Positions 20,869 to 29,547 of a stretch of 64,000 bases of DNA are shown piece by piece (positions within the stretch are counted from its first letter, which is position 1; each line of letters opens with the position of its first letter). The stretch covers positions 68,450 through 132,449 of the forward strand of contig JARHYK010000001.1 of NCBI GenBank assembly GCA_029258515.1, written 5' to 3'. Source of the stretch: Clostridia bacterium (GTDB lineage: Bacteria; Bacillota; Clostridia; TANB77; CAG-508). The notes under the pieces are model-generated. The model had not been told where the DNA came from. It saw only the letters and a program-made list of their open reading frames with translations, and did not search any database. A program made the position numbers and the translations under genes.

Positions 20869-22587
20869 ATGTTAAAAAAGTACAAAAGTGAAAAAGGTAT
20901 AACATTAATAGCATTAGTGATAACAATAATAGTATTGCTAATACTAGCTGGAGTAGCAATAGCAAGTCTAACAGGTGATAATGGAATAATAACAAAAGCA
21001 CAAGAAGCAAAGAAAAAAACAGAAGAAGCAAAGAAAGAAGAAGAAAAACAGTTACAAAACATGCTAGATAAAATAACAAGTGAAGTGCCATCAGAAGAAG
21101 GATATAACAATAATAAAAATGTAAATAATCCAAAAACAACCAAAGGAATGATCCTAATAAAATGGAACGGAACAGATTGGGTAGTGTGTTCAAAAGATGA
21201 CACAGAATGGTATAGTTATGATAGTACAAAAAAATGGGCAAATATAATGTTAAGTGATGGAAAATATAAAGAAGGAAAAGTAAGAGAAGGACAAATAATA
21301 AAAGAAAATGAACTAGGAAGTATGTATGTGTGGATACCAAGATATGCATATAAAATAGCAGGAGAAAAGAATATAGAAGTAACATTTTTAAAAGGAAATA
21401 CAAATATAGATAAAGAAGGAATTGAATATACAACAAGTGAAGATGTAGATACAAAAACAACAAAAATAGTACACCCGGCATTTAATTTAGGAGGAGTAGA
21501 ATTAAGTGGAATATGGGTAGCAAAATTTGAAACAAGTGGAACAAACAAAGATGGAAAAGCAGTAGGAAATGCAAGTAGCACTTCATCAGCTGAACAATAT
21601 AAACCAGATGAAACAACAATAGCAAAAAGCTTGCCAAATAAAATAAGTTGGAGACATATAACAGTAGGAGAAAGTCAAAGAAGAAGTATGGATATAGCTA
21701 CAACAGCAAAAGAAAAATATGGTTTAGATTATACAAATAGTCATTTAATGAAAAATGATGAATGGGGAGCAGTAGCATATTTATGTTACAGCCAATATGG
21801 AAATGTGCCAAAAATAAATAGTGTAGGAAATTATAATAGTTATTGGTATGATTTATATACGGGTCAAGGACCAAAAACAGCAACAGATGAAGGTTGGTAT
21901 AATAGAACAGACAATAGTCATGATTACAATACTGAAAATGGAATATTAGCAAGTACAACAGGAAATATAACGGGAATATACGATATGAGTGGAGGTTCAT
22001 GGGAAAGAGTAGCAGGATATTTAGATAATGGAAATAGTAACTTAAACAATTATGGGAAAAGTGCAGATGGAAGTATAAAATATTTTGAAAATGGAAAATT
22101 GAATCCAAACTATGAAAAATTATGGAATAAATATGAAGTAAGTGAAGAAGAAAGAACAAATAAAATATCAATGGGAGATGGAACAACATTAACTCAAAAC
22201 GAATTGTGGGATTGGAATAAAAGAGAAGAAAAGCATCAAAAAGCAAGATTAAGAATAACAGAAGAGATATACAATAATATGAAAAAACATAAAGGGATAG
22301 GAGTAAATGAAGTAGGAACAACATTTTCGTTTTATGCTCCGTATGGAGATGGAAAAAATGGACAACCATGGGGATGGTTCAGAACAGTAGCACAAGCAGT
22401 AGTAGGAAAAGAAGAATATGGAAGAGCATGGAACAATGATTTAGTGCTAATAGGTCATATCGTCTGTCCGTTTGTGCTGCGTGGTAGCTATTGCAATAAT
22501 GGTACTGATGCAGGTGTACTGTGCTCAAATATTACTAGTGGTTTGAGTTACGATCGCTACGGGTTTCGCTCAGTATTGGTAATTTAG
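20869..22587 (+). CDS. Type-IV-pilin-like (class III signal peptide) N-terminus fused to a C-terminal FGE-sulfatase/SUMF1-like (C-type-lectin-fold) domain; putative modular minor pilin
   Basis: N-terminus KGITLIALVITIIVLLILAGVAIASLTGDNGII is near-identical to the pilA N-termini at 29548 and 30042. FGE-like motifs NDEWGAVAY, GIYDMSGGSWE and C-terminal RGSYC...YGFRSV. RBS AAAGGAAAG. Confidence 0.75.
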   Translation: MLKKYKSEKGITLIALVITIIVLLILAGVAIASLTGDNGIITKAQEAKKKTEEAKKEEEKQLQNMLDKITSEVPSEEGYNNNKNVNNPKTTKGMILIKWNGTDWVVCSKDDTEWYSYDSTKKWANIMLSDGKYKEGKVREGQIIKENELGSMYVWIPRYAYKIAGEKNIEVTFLKGNTNIDKEGIEYTTSEDVDTKTTKIVHPAFNLGGVELSGIWVAKFETSGTNKDGKAVGNASSTSSAEQYKPDETTIAKSLPNKISWRHITVGESQRRSMDIATTAKEKYGLDYTNSHLMKNDEWGAVAYLCYSQYGNVPKINSVGNYNSYWYDLYTGQGPKTATDEGWYNRTDNSHDYNTENGILASTTGNITGIYDMSGGSWERVAGYLDNGNSNLNNYGKSADGSIKYFENGKLNPNYEKLWNKYEVSEEERTNKISMGDGTTLTQNELWDWNKREEKHQKARLRITEEIYNNMKKHKGIGVNEVGTTFSFYAPYGDGKNGQPWGWFRTVAQAVVGKEEYGRAWNNDLVLIGHIVCPFVLRGSYCNNGTDAGVLCSNITSGLSYDRYGFRSVLVI

Positions 22588-22705
22588 TACTTAGAAAGTG
22601 AATTGAATCTTAGATACATTTTGTAAACATAAATTATGTATTGAATAAGAAAAAATGAAGTTTCTATAGATAGAATAATTAATATAGAGTCAATCCAAAA
22701 GGACA

Positions 22706-22741
22706 AAAAGCAAGTTAAAATTTTAACTTGCTTTTTTGCTT
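22706..22741. terminator. Bidirectional rho-independent terminator between the convergent FGE-pilin gene and spoVAE
   Basis: Perfect 15-bp palindrome aaaagcaagttaaaa/ttttaacttgctttt flanked by A- and T-runs. Confidence 0.7.
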
Positions 22742-22746
22742 ATAAT

Positions 22747-23139
22747 TCACTGCTTTTTTATTTTAGGTTTAGAAATCAAAGAAGCAATATATCCAAAGAA
22801 AATAGCAGCAGCAATTCCACCAGCAGAGGCTTTAACACCACCAATAAAAGCACCAACAATACCAAATTGTTTAACACCTTCAATAGCGCCTTTGGCTAAA
22901 TTATATCCAAACCCAGTTAAAGGAACAGTAGCACCACAACCTGCAAAATTGACCAAATGCTCATAAATTCCTAAACCACCTAAAATGACACCAGTGGTAA
23001 CAAAAGCTACTAAAATTCTAGCAGGAGTAAGTTTAGTTTTATCAATTAAAATTTGTCCAATTATACAAATAAGACCACCAACAACAAAACTTTTTAGTAA
23101 AGACCACCAATCAAAAACTTCTATCCAATTAATATTCAT
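22747..23139 (-). CDS. spoVAE: Stage V sporulation protein AE (SpoVAEb-type)
   Basis: 130-aa membrane protein. GCGATVPLTGFG / GGIAAAIFFG motifs. Last gene of the spoVA tricistron. Confidence 0.8.
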   Translation of the reverse strand: MNINWIEVFDWWSLLKSFVVGGLICIIGQILIDKTKLTPARILVAFVTTGVILGGLGIYEHLVNFAGCGATVPLTGFGYNLAKGAIEGVKQFGIVGAFIGGVKASAGGIAAAIFFGYIASLISKPKIKKQ

Positions 23140-23160
23140 AAAAAATAAGCTCCTTTCAAA

Positions 23161-24171
23161 TTAAATTTCAATACTTATAGCGTGGGCAATACTAGGAATA
23201 CTTTCACCTTGCTGCGAAGTAGTAGAATTCATCAAAGCACCAGTAGCAATAAGCAATATTTTCTTGATATTTTTATTTTTCAGTTCTTTAAACAAATATC
23301 CAGAAAAAACAGAAGCACAACAACCGCAACCACTACCTCCAGCATGAGTATCTTGTGAATTTTTATCAAAAATTAAAACACCACAGTCATTATAATTAGC
23401 TTTAATATCATAACCTTGTGACTTCAAAATATCAATAGAAATATCTTTACCAATATAACCTAAATCTCCACTAATAATAGCATCATAATAGCTAGGATTT
23501 CTACCAGTATCTAAAAAATGAGCAAGCAGTGTATCAGCAAAGGCAGGAGCCATAGCAGAACCCATATTACTAGCATCTTTAATCCCCATGTCAATAATTT
23601 TACCAGGAGTAATAGAAGTAATAAAAGGACCTTGACCTGATTTAGAAACAATGGCAGAACCAGCACCAGTAACAGTCCATTGAGCAGAAGGAGATCTTTG
23701 GTTACCTAATTCCAAAGGAAAACGAAATTGCTTTTCTGCACTACAAAAATGACTAGAAGTAGCACACAAAACATTTTCAGCAAAACTTTCAGCTAAAATA
23801 GCGGCTAAACTCATAGATTCAACAAAAGTAGAACAAGCACCAAAAACTCCAAAAAAAGGAATATTTAATCCACGAAGTCCAAAACCAGAAGAAATACATT
23901 GATTAAGTAAATCACCAGAAAAACAACAATCAATTTTATTTACTGGTATACCAGACTTAGAAATAGCAATATTAACAGTTTCTTTTAAAATTTTACTTTC
24001 AGCTTTTTCCCAACTTTTTTCACCCCAAAATTCATCTTCTAAAGTTTGGTCAAAAAATTTTGCTAAAGGGCCTTGAGCCTCTTTAGGACCTACAATACTA
24101 GCACATTCTGAAATTGTGGGTGGATTATCAAACAAAATAGTTTGCTTACCAACTTTTTTCAAAAAAATCAT
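23161..24171 (-). CDS. spoVAD: Stage V sporulation protein AD
   Basis: 336 aa with a thiolase/KAS-like fold (GGSGCGCCAS). Between spoVAC and spoVAE. Confidence 0.9.
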   Translation of the reverse strand: MIFLKKVGKQTILFDNPPTISECASIVGPKEAQGPLAKFFDQTLEDEFWGEKSWEKAESKILKETVNIAISKSGIPVNKIDCCFSGDLLNQCISSGFGLRGLNIPFFGVFGACSTFVESMSLAAILAESFAENVLCATSSHFCSAEKQFRFPLELGNQRSPSAQWTVTGAGSAIVSKSGQGPFITSITPGKIIDMGIKDASNMGSAMAPAFADTLLAHFLDTGRNPSYYDAIISGDLGYIGKDISIDILKSQGYDIKANYNDCGVLIFDKNSQDTHAGGSGCGCCASVFSGYLFKELKNKNIKKILLIATGALMNSTTSQQGESIPSIAHAISIEI

Positions 24172-24213
24172 CTCCTATCTTAATCCTTTTTGTAAATCAA
24201 GCAAAAAAGATTA

Positions 24214-24693
24214 TTAAACTAATGTAATATTTTGAGTATTAAAAATTAAATAAATTAGACCTACAATAATAGATGTAGATATACCAAAAACAAGAACAGG
24301 ACCAGAAACGGTAAACATTTTACCTCCAACTCCCATAATATATCCTTCAGACTTATATTCTATTGCAGGAGAAACTATTGAATTAGCAAATCCAGTAATA
24401 GGAACAAGGGAACCTGCACCAGCAAATTTACCAATTTTATTAAAAATATTAAGACCTGTTAAAAAAGCAGAAAGGCCTATTAAAATAATAGAAACAATGG
24501 TTCCAGAAGTAGAAACATCTAATCCTCGAACTTGACAAATATTAAAAATAATTTGACCAATAGTACAAATCAAACCACCAACCCAAAAAGCATTAAAACA
24601 ATTTTTGAAAATAGGAGAATTAGGTGATTTTTTATTAACATATTCTTGATATTTTTCTTTACTTTCCATGGGATTGATAGAATTCATATTCAT
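24214..24693 (-). CDS. spoVAC: Stage V sporulation protein AC
   Basis: 159-aa four-TM protein. FWVGGLICTIGQ...GAGSLVPITGFANS motifs. Confidence 0.9.
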   Translation of the reverse strand: MNMNSINPMESKEKYQEYVNKKSPNSPIFKNCFNAFWVGGLICTIGQIIFNICQVRGLDVSTSGTIVSIILIGLSAFLTGLNIFNKIGKFAGAGSLVPITGFANSIVSPAIEYKSEGYIMGVGGKMFTVSGPVLVFGISTSIIVGLIYLIFNTQNITLV

Positions 24694-24935
24694 TAAAAAT
24701 CACCCTTTCCATTATCGTTACTTTTATTTCTATTTAAATCAACAATAAAACTAATATCTAAATCAACAAAATAATCACAAATCTTATTTCCATCAATTTT
24801 AGCATATTGCTTTAAAATAGTAACATTAGACAGATAATCAATAGTCTTGGAAGTTTCGTAAATAGCTTTAACAATAGCATCCTTCCAAGAAACACTAGAA
24901 TTACCTGTAATAATCAAATGTTTTTCAATTTCCAT
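24693..24935 (-). CDS. Dodecin-like small protein (80 aa), translationally coupled to spoVAC
   Basis: MEIEKHLIITGNSSVSWKDAIVKAIYETSKTIDYLSNVTILKQYAKIDGNKICDYFVDLDISF aligns to the dodecin fold pattern (TGTSxxSxxxAxxxA...V...V.F..D). GGAGG RBS 6-7 nt upstream of ATG 24935. Its stop TAA overlaps the spoVAC ATG (TAATG). The listed ORF start at 24995 is an unsupported extension. Confidence 0.55.
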   Translation of the reverse strand: MEIEKHLIITGNSSVSWKDAIVKAIYETSKTIDYLSNVTILKQYAKIDGNKICDYFVDLDISFIVDLNRNKSNDNGKGDF

Positions 24936-24964
24936 AAATAAATACCTCCAAAATAATTTATTAG

Positions 24965-24993
24965 TATTTTTGCCACTTCTTGAAAAAATATAC
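24965..24993 (-). promoter_or_regulatory. Putative forespore sigma-F/sigma-G type promoter for the dodecin-spoVAC-AD-AE operon
   Basis: Minus-strand reading GTATA - 14 nt - GGCAAAAATA (matches GHATR / GGnnAnAnTA-like -10), about 30 nt upstream of the RBS. Confidence 0.35.
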
Positions 24994-25101
24994 ATTTTAA
25001 ATTAGATTTTAATTTACAATTAAAAAATTAAATGATAAAATACATATAAAAAAGAGATTCTTTTTTAAAGTGTAACAAAAAAGGTCAAGAAAGGAAAAAA
25101 G

Positions 25102-26415
25102 ATGATTGATAAACCTAGAGAAATAGCTTTGAAAATATTATATAAAATAGATAAAGAAAAAGGATATTCAAATATAGTATTAAATGAATATATTAACGAA
25201 AACAAAGACAAACTAACAAATAAGGATATTGGATTAATTTCAGAAATTGTTTATGGAGTAACAAACTGGAAGCTTACACTAGACGAAATAATTAAAAAAT
25301 ATTCTAAAATTAAAATTAAAAAAATTTCTAGTTGGATTTTAAATATTTTAAGAATGGGAATTTATCAAATAATTTTTTTAGACAAAATTCCAAAATCAGC
25401 AGCTGTTAATGAAAGTGTAAATTTAGCAAAAAGATATGGACATAAATCAAGTAGTAATTTCGTAAATGCTATCTTAAGAAAAATCGAGTATGAAGACTAT
25501 GAAGGATTTTTTGATATTAAAGATGATATACAAAGAATATCAAAAACAACTTCCACGCCTGAATGGATTGTAGAAGAATTAAAAAAAGATAGAGAAAATA
25601 TTGATGAAGTAGAAAATATATGCAAAGAATTAAATAAAAGACCTAAAACAGTAATAAGAAGAAACAATCTTAAAATATCAAAACAAAATTTTGAAGAAAT
25701 ATTAAAAGATAAAAAATACAAATTTGAGAATAGTAAAATAAATGAAGATTTTTATGTCGTAGATAAAATAAAAAAAATAGAAGATATGGAAGAATTTAAA
25801 AAAGGTTATTTTACTGTTCAAGACATATCTGCAGGATTATCAGCATTTTTATTAGAACCAAAAGAAAATGAAAAAATATTAGATGCATGTTCAGCGCCAG
25901 GAGGAAAAACTACATATTTAGCAGAGATTATGAACAATAATGGATATATTGAAGCATGGGATATTCATAAATCGCGTACAAATTTAATAGAAGAAAATGC
26001 AAAAAGATTAGGGATAACAATAATAAAAACGAAAATAATGGATGCTACAATTTACGATGAAAATAAAAAAGAAAAATTTGATAAAATTTTATTAGATGTA
26101 CCATGCTTAGGAATAGGTGTAATAAAAAGAAAACCAGATATTAAATGGCAAAGAAAAAATGAAGATATAGAACAAATAAGCAATATACAACAAAAAATAC
26201 TTGAAACATGCTCAAAATATCTAAAAAAAGGTGGGGAAATGATATATTCAACTTGTAGCATACTGAAAGAAGAAAACGAAAAAAATATATATAAGTTTTT
26301 GGAAAAAAATAAAAATTTTGAATTAGAGAAGATTAAAAATGAAAAATTTTTAGAAATTTTACCGAATGAATTGCAAGATGGATTTTTTATTGCTAAATTA
26401 GAAAAAAAAGAGTAA
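25102..26415 (+). CDS. rsmB: 16S rRNA (cytosine967-C5)-methyltransferase RsmB/Sun
   Basis: NusB-like N-terminus. SAM MTase motifs DACSAPGGKT ... PCLGIG ... STCS. Confidence 0.85.
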   Translation: MIDKPREIALKILYKIDKEKGYSNIVLNEYINENKDKLTNKDIGLISEIVYGVTNWKLTLDEIIKKYSKIKIKKISSWILNILRMGIYQIIFLDKIPKSAAVNESVNLAKRYGHKSSSNFVNAILRKIEYEDYEGFFDIKDDIQRISKTTSTPEWIVEELKKDRENIDEVENICKELNKRPKTVIRRNNLKISKQNFEEILKDKKYKFENSKINEDFYVVDKIKKIEDMEEFKKGYFTVQDISAGLSAFLLEPKENEKILDACSAPGGKTTYLAEIMNNNGYIEAWDIHKSRTNLIEENAKRLGITIIKTKIMDATIYDENKKEKFDKILLDVPCLGIGVIKRKPDIKWQRKNEDIEQISNIQQKILETCSKYLKKGGEMIYSTCSILKEENEKNIYKFLEKNKNFELEKIKNEKFLEILPNELQDGFFIAKLEKKE

Positions 26416-26444
26416 AAAAAAGAAAAATAAATCAAAAAAATGCA

Positions 26445-26477
26445 ATATTACAATTATATTACAATTATATTACAATT
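26445..26477 (+). repeat. 3 x perfect 11-bp tandem repeat ATATTACAATT upstream of the pilus operon
   Basis: atattacaatt atattacaatt atattacaatt, about 145 bp upstream of the pilM start. Same unit as 17146..17189 in the opposite orientation. Confidence 0.75.
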
Positions 26478-26620
26478 AAATTAAAACCCTTGACTTTTTG
26501 CTAAAAAAAGATAAAATTGAAGAGAGGAAATAGTATAAATTTCTAATTAAAGAAATATAAGAAAGTATTATTTTAAGCAAATTGCAAATGATATAAATAT
26601 AAAGAAAAAGGAGTAAAAAA

Positions 26621-28267
26621 ATGCCAAGCTGTCTAGGATTATATATAGAAAACAACTTAATAAAATATGCAAAAGTTTCAAAGGAAAAAGATGTAAAAAA
26701 AGTTGAAACTTATGGTGTAAAATTTTATACAAAGCTAGAAGATGGAATAAAACAAATAATAGATGAAACATATAGTTATAAAATACCAATTTGTATAAAT
26801 TTAACAAAGGAAACATATAACTATTTTGATATGTTTGCGTTATTAAAGAAAACAGACCTAGAAAAGGCAATAAAAACAGAATTTGACTCTTTTTGTACAG
26901 ATAAAGGATTTAATTCAAATGCACTAGAAGGAAGATATGCAGTAGTAGAAAAATTAAATGATAAAGAAAGATTAAAAGTAATATATATATCTACAAATAA
27001 AATAGAATTAAATAAAAAAGTTCAAATGTTTGAAGAATATAATTTGACTAATGTAGTACCATTGCCAATAGCGATAACAACACTATTAGATGAAGAAGAA
27101 ACTAGCAAAGAAAACTCAATAATAGTAAATATAGAAGAAAAAACAACACTTACAACAATAATAAATAGAAAAATATATAATGTTAAAGTATTAGATGAAG
27201 GAAGCGAAAAATTCTTAAGCAATATAAATTTAAAAGAAAATTCATATTCAAAAGCATATGAGATGTGTAAAGAAACAACTATATATACATCAGAAGGAAG
27301 AGAACTGGGAAATATAGAAACAGGATATTTAGAAGATATAATGCCTACATTATATTCGATAGTTGGACAAGTTCAAAAAACATTAAATGAAAATATGGAA
27401 AAAATTTCGAAAATATATATATCAGGAACAGCAGCATTAATAAATAATATTGATTTATATTTCCAAGAATATTTAGAGGGAATAAAATGTGAAATATTAA
27501 AACCTAATTTCATTAAAAAATCTCCAAACATAAATATAAAAGACTATATTGAGGTAAATTCAGCAATATCATTAGGTTTAATGGGCTTAGGAGAAGGCTT
27601 AAATGAAATGAATTTTAAAGCAAAATCATTTAGAAACACAATAAAATCACTGCTAACAGCAGAGATTGTACCAAATAAAAATAAAAAAATTAATAATAAA
27701 GTAACAAAAAATAAAAAGTCAATTAATTTTAAAATAAATAATGATTTGAAAATGCCATTAGATAGTACAGAAAAAATATTATTAAATGTTTTAGCAACTT
27801 TAATTATAATGTTTGTAGTATTTAGCGGATTTTCAACAATGCTGAAAAAACAATTTGAAAAGAAAATATCAGAAACAGAAGCAACTATTACAAGTACAAA
27901 ACAAGAAATACAAATGATAGAACAAGACAGTAGCAACATAAAACAGCAAAAAGATATATATACAAGTTATATAGAAGAATTAAGCAAAACAACACAAATA
28001 GCAGAAGAAAAAAACAAAGTTAAAGGTGCAATACCAGGACTATTAAATCAACTTATGAATATTATTCCAAAAGGTGTTCAAATTAAATCAATAGAAAACT
28101 TAAATGGTGGAAAAGTTGAAATATTAGTTCAATCAAAGCAATATGAACAAATAGCGTTCTTTATAGGAAGTATAAAAACAGATGTAATATTAACAGAGGT
28201 AATTTCGACATCAGGACAAAAAAATAATGATATAATCACTGTAAAAATAGAAGGAGTGTTACCATGA
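26621..28267 (+). CDS. pilM: Type IV pilus assembly protein PilM (actin-like ATPase fold) fused to a PilN-like TM/coiled-coil C-terminal region
   Basis: N-terminus LGLYIENNLIKYAKV... PilM-like. After residue ~370 comes a single TM (ILLNVLATLIIMFVVFSGF) and a coiled-coil periplasmic part, as in PilN. 548 aa. Confidence 0.7.
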   Translation: MPSCLGLYIENNLIKYAKVSKEKDVKKVETYGVKFYTKLEDGIKQIIDETYSYKIPICINLTKETYNYFDMFALLKKTDLEKAIKTEFDSFCTDKGFNSNALEGRYAVVEKLNDKERLKVIYISTNKIELNKKVQMFEEYNLTNVVPLPIAITTLLDEEETSKENSIIVNIEEKTTLTTIINRKIYNVKVLDEGSEKFLSNINLKENSYSKAYEMCKETTIYTSEGRELGNIETGYLEDIMPTLYSIVGQVQKTLNENMEKISKIYISGTAALINNIDLYFQEYLEGIKCEILKPNFIKKSPNINIKDYIEVNSAISLGLMGLGEGLNEMNFKAKSFRNTIKSLLTAEIVPNKNKKINNKVTKNKKSINFKINNDLKMPLDSTEKILLNVLATLIIMFVVFSGFSTMLKKQFEKKISETEATITSTKQEIQMIEQDSSNIKQQKDIYTSYIEELSKTTQIAEEKNKVKGAIPGLLNQLMNIIPKGVQIKSIENLNGGKVEILVQSKQYEQIAFFIGSIKTDVILTEVISTSGQKNNDIITVKIEGVLP

Positions 28268-29001
28268 AAAAACTATTAATTAGTCTTGCAATTGCTTTAG
28301 TTTTAATTCTAACGTCTTTAACAATAGTTAAAGGTATACATGTTGGGAATTTACCAATACTAGGAATAAAACAAATAAAAGAAGAAAATGCCAAACTAGA
28401 AAATAAAATAAAAGAAGCAACAACATTAGTAAGTGTATCATATCCACAAAAATTACAAAATTTAGACAATAACTTGAAAGAAATGAAAAATGAAAAACAA
28501 AAATATGAAGATATGATGACAACAGGCAATCAAAGTGAAATAAAATCAACAATCCAAGAACAAGTATATACAATAGATAAGTTATGGGAAAAATTAGGAA
28601 TGCTTGCAAGATATGAAGGATTAAATGCAACTTTTGAACCAATGCCAGGCACAAGAATGCCGATAAAAAGAAATAATGAACAACCAGATTATAATTATTA
28701 TGATATAAAATTCACTTTACAAGGTGGATATCCAAATATTTCTTTATATATAGCTGACATCGAAAATAATTCACAATTAGGCTTTAGAATTGATAATTTT
28801 AAAATGGTACCAGATGAGAAAAATGTCCAAGCAACATTTACTTGTAAAGATATAGCAATAAAAGGAGTATCAAATGATAAAATACTACTAGAAGAAGATA
28901 AAAATAAAGAACAACAACAAAAAAATGATGATATGCCAGATGATACACAAAAAAATACAACTACAATGCCTGAAACAACTAATGAAGGTATGGTACCATA
29001 A
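28264..29001 (+). CDS. pilO: PilO-like pilus assembly protein (N-terminal TM plus coiled coil)
   Basis: Start overlaps the pilM stop (ATGA). TM ISLAIALVLILTSLTIV then coiled coil. Its position in the operon matches PilO. Confidence 0.55.
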   Translation: MKKLLISLAIALVLILTSLTIVKGIHVGNLPILGIKQIKEENAKLENKIKEATTLVSVSYPQKLQNLDNNLKEMKNEKQKYEDMMTTGNQSEIKSTIQEQVYTIDKLWEKLGMLARYEGLNATFEPMPGTRMPIKRNNEQPDYNYYDIKFTLQGGYPNISLYIADIENNSQLGFRIDNFKMVPDEKNVQATFTCKDIAIKGVSNDKILLEEDKNKEQQQKNDDMPDDTQKNTTTMPETTNEGMVP

Positions 29002-29025
29002 AATAAAAGAAAAGGAGTTATTAAA

Positions 29026-29469
29026 ATGACTAAAAATATTTTAAAAGAAATAATAATCATTTTATTATTAACTTTAGCAATAATACTTTTGATAGGAGTA
29101 TTACTATATGATTATGTACCAATGAATAAAGTAATACCAGAAAAAGTAAAATATACAGCAAGTGAAGAAGTAAAACAAATATCAACAGAATTAAATGAAA
29201 AAAAAGAAGAAATACCAATAACATCATATACAGTAACTTCAACAGATTTAAACGACTATAAAAAAGTAAAAGAATATATTCCAGGAAGAAAAAATCCGTT
29301 TGGCACAATAGAAGAACAAGTAGAAAATAATAAAGAGACATCAGGGCAAGGAGAAACAACAAATGCAACAACAAATACAACAACAAATACAACAACAAAT
29401 AAAAAAAATAACAATACTACTAACAACAAAGAAACAACAAATTATTGGCCAGACAAACAAATAAAATAG
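29026..29469 (+). CDS. Pilus-operon membrane-anchored protein with a Thr/Asn-rich repeat tail (PilP-like position)
   Basis: N-terminal TM. (TTNTTTN)n low-complexity C-terminus. RBS AAAGGAG. Confidence 0.4.
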   Translation: MTKNILKEIIIILLLTLAIILLIGVLLYDYVPMNKVIPEKVKYTASEEVKQISTELNEKKEEIPITSYTVTSTDLNDYKKVKEYIPGRKNPFGTIEEQVENNKETSGQGETTNATTNTTTNTTTNKKNNNTTNNKETTNYWPDKQIK

Positions 29470-29547
29470 ATTTTATAATTATCTTTATATGAAATAAAAA
29501 TATAAAGATATCACAAATAAAATATGCAAAAGAAAAGGGGTGAAAAT

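Noticed and set aside
22736-22966. + strand 76-aa ORF.
   Set aside because: Lies antisense inside spoVAE. Ala/Pro-rich mirror of the Gly-rich membrane protein.
17146-26477. Tandem 11-bp repeats and the ~31-bp palindromic elements considered as CRISPR arrays.
   Set aside because: The units are too short or not regularly spaced. There are no spacers of uniform length and no cas genes. The positions are promoter-proximal or at gene ends.
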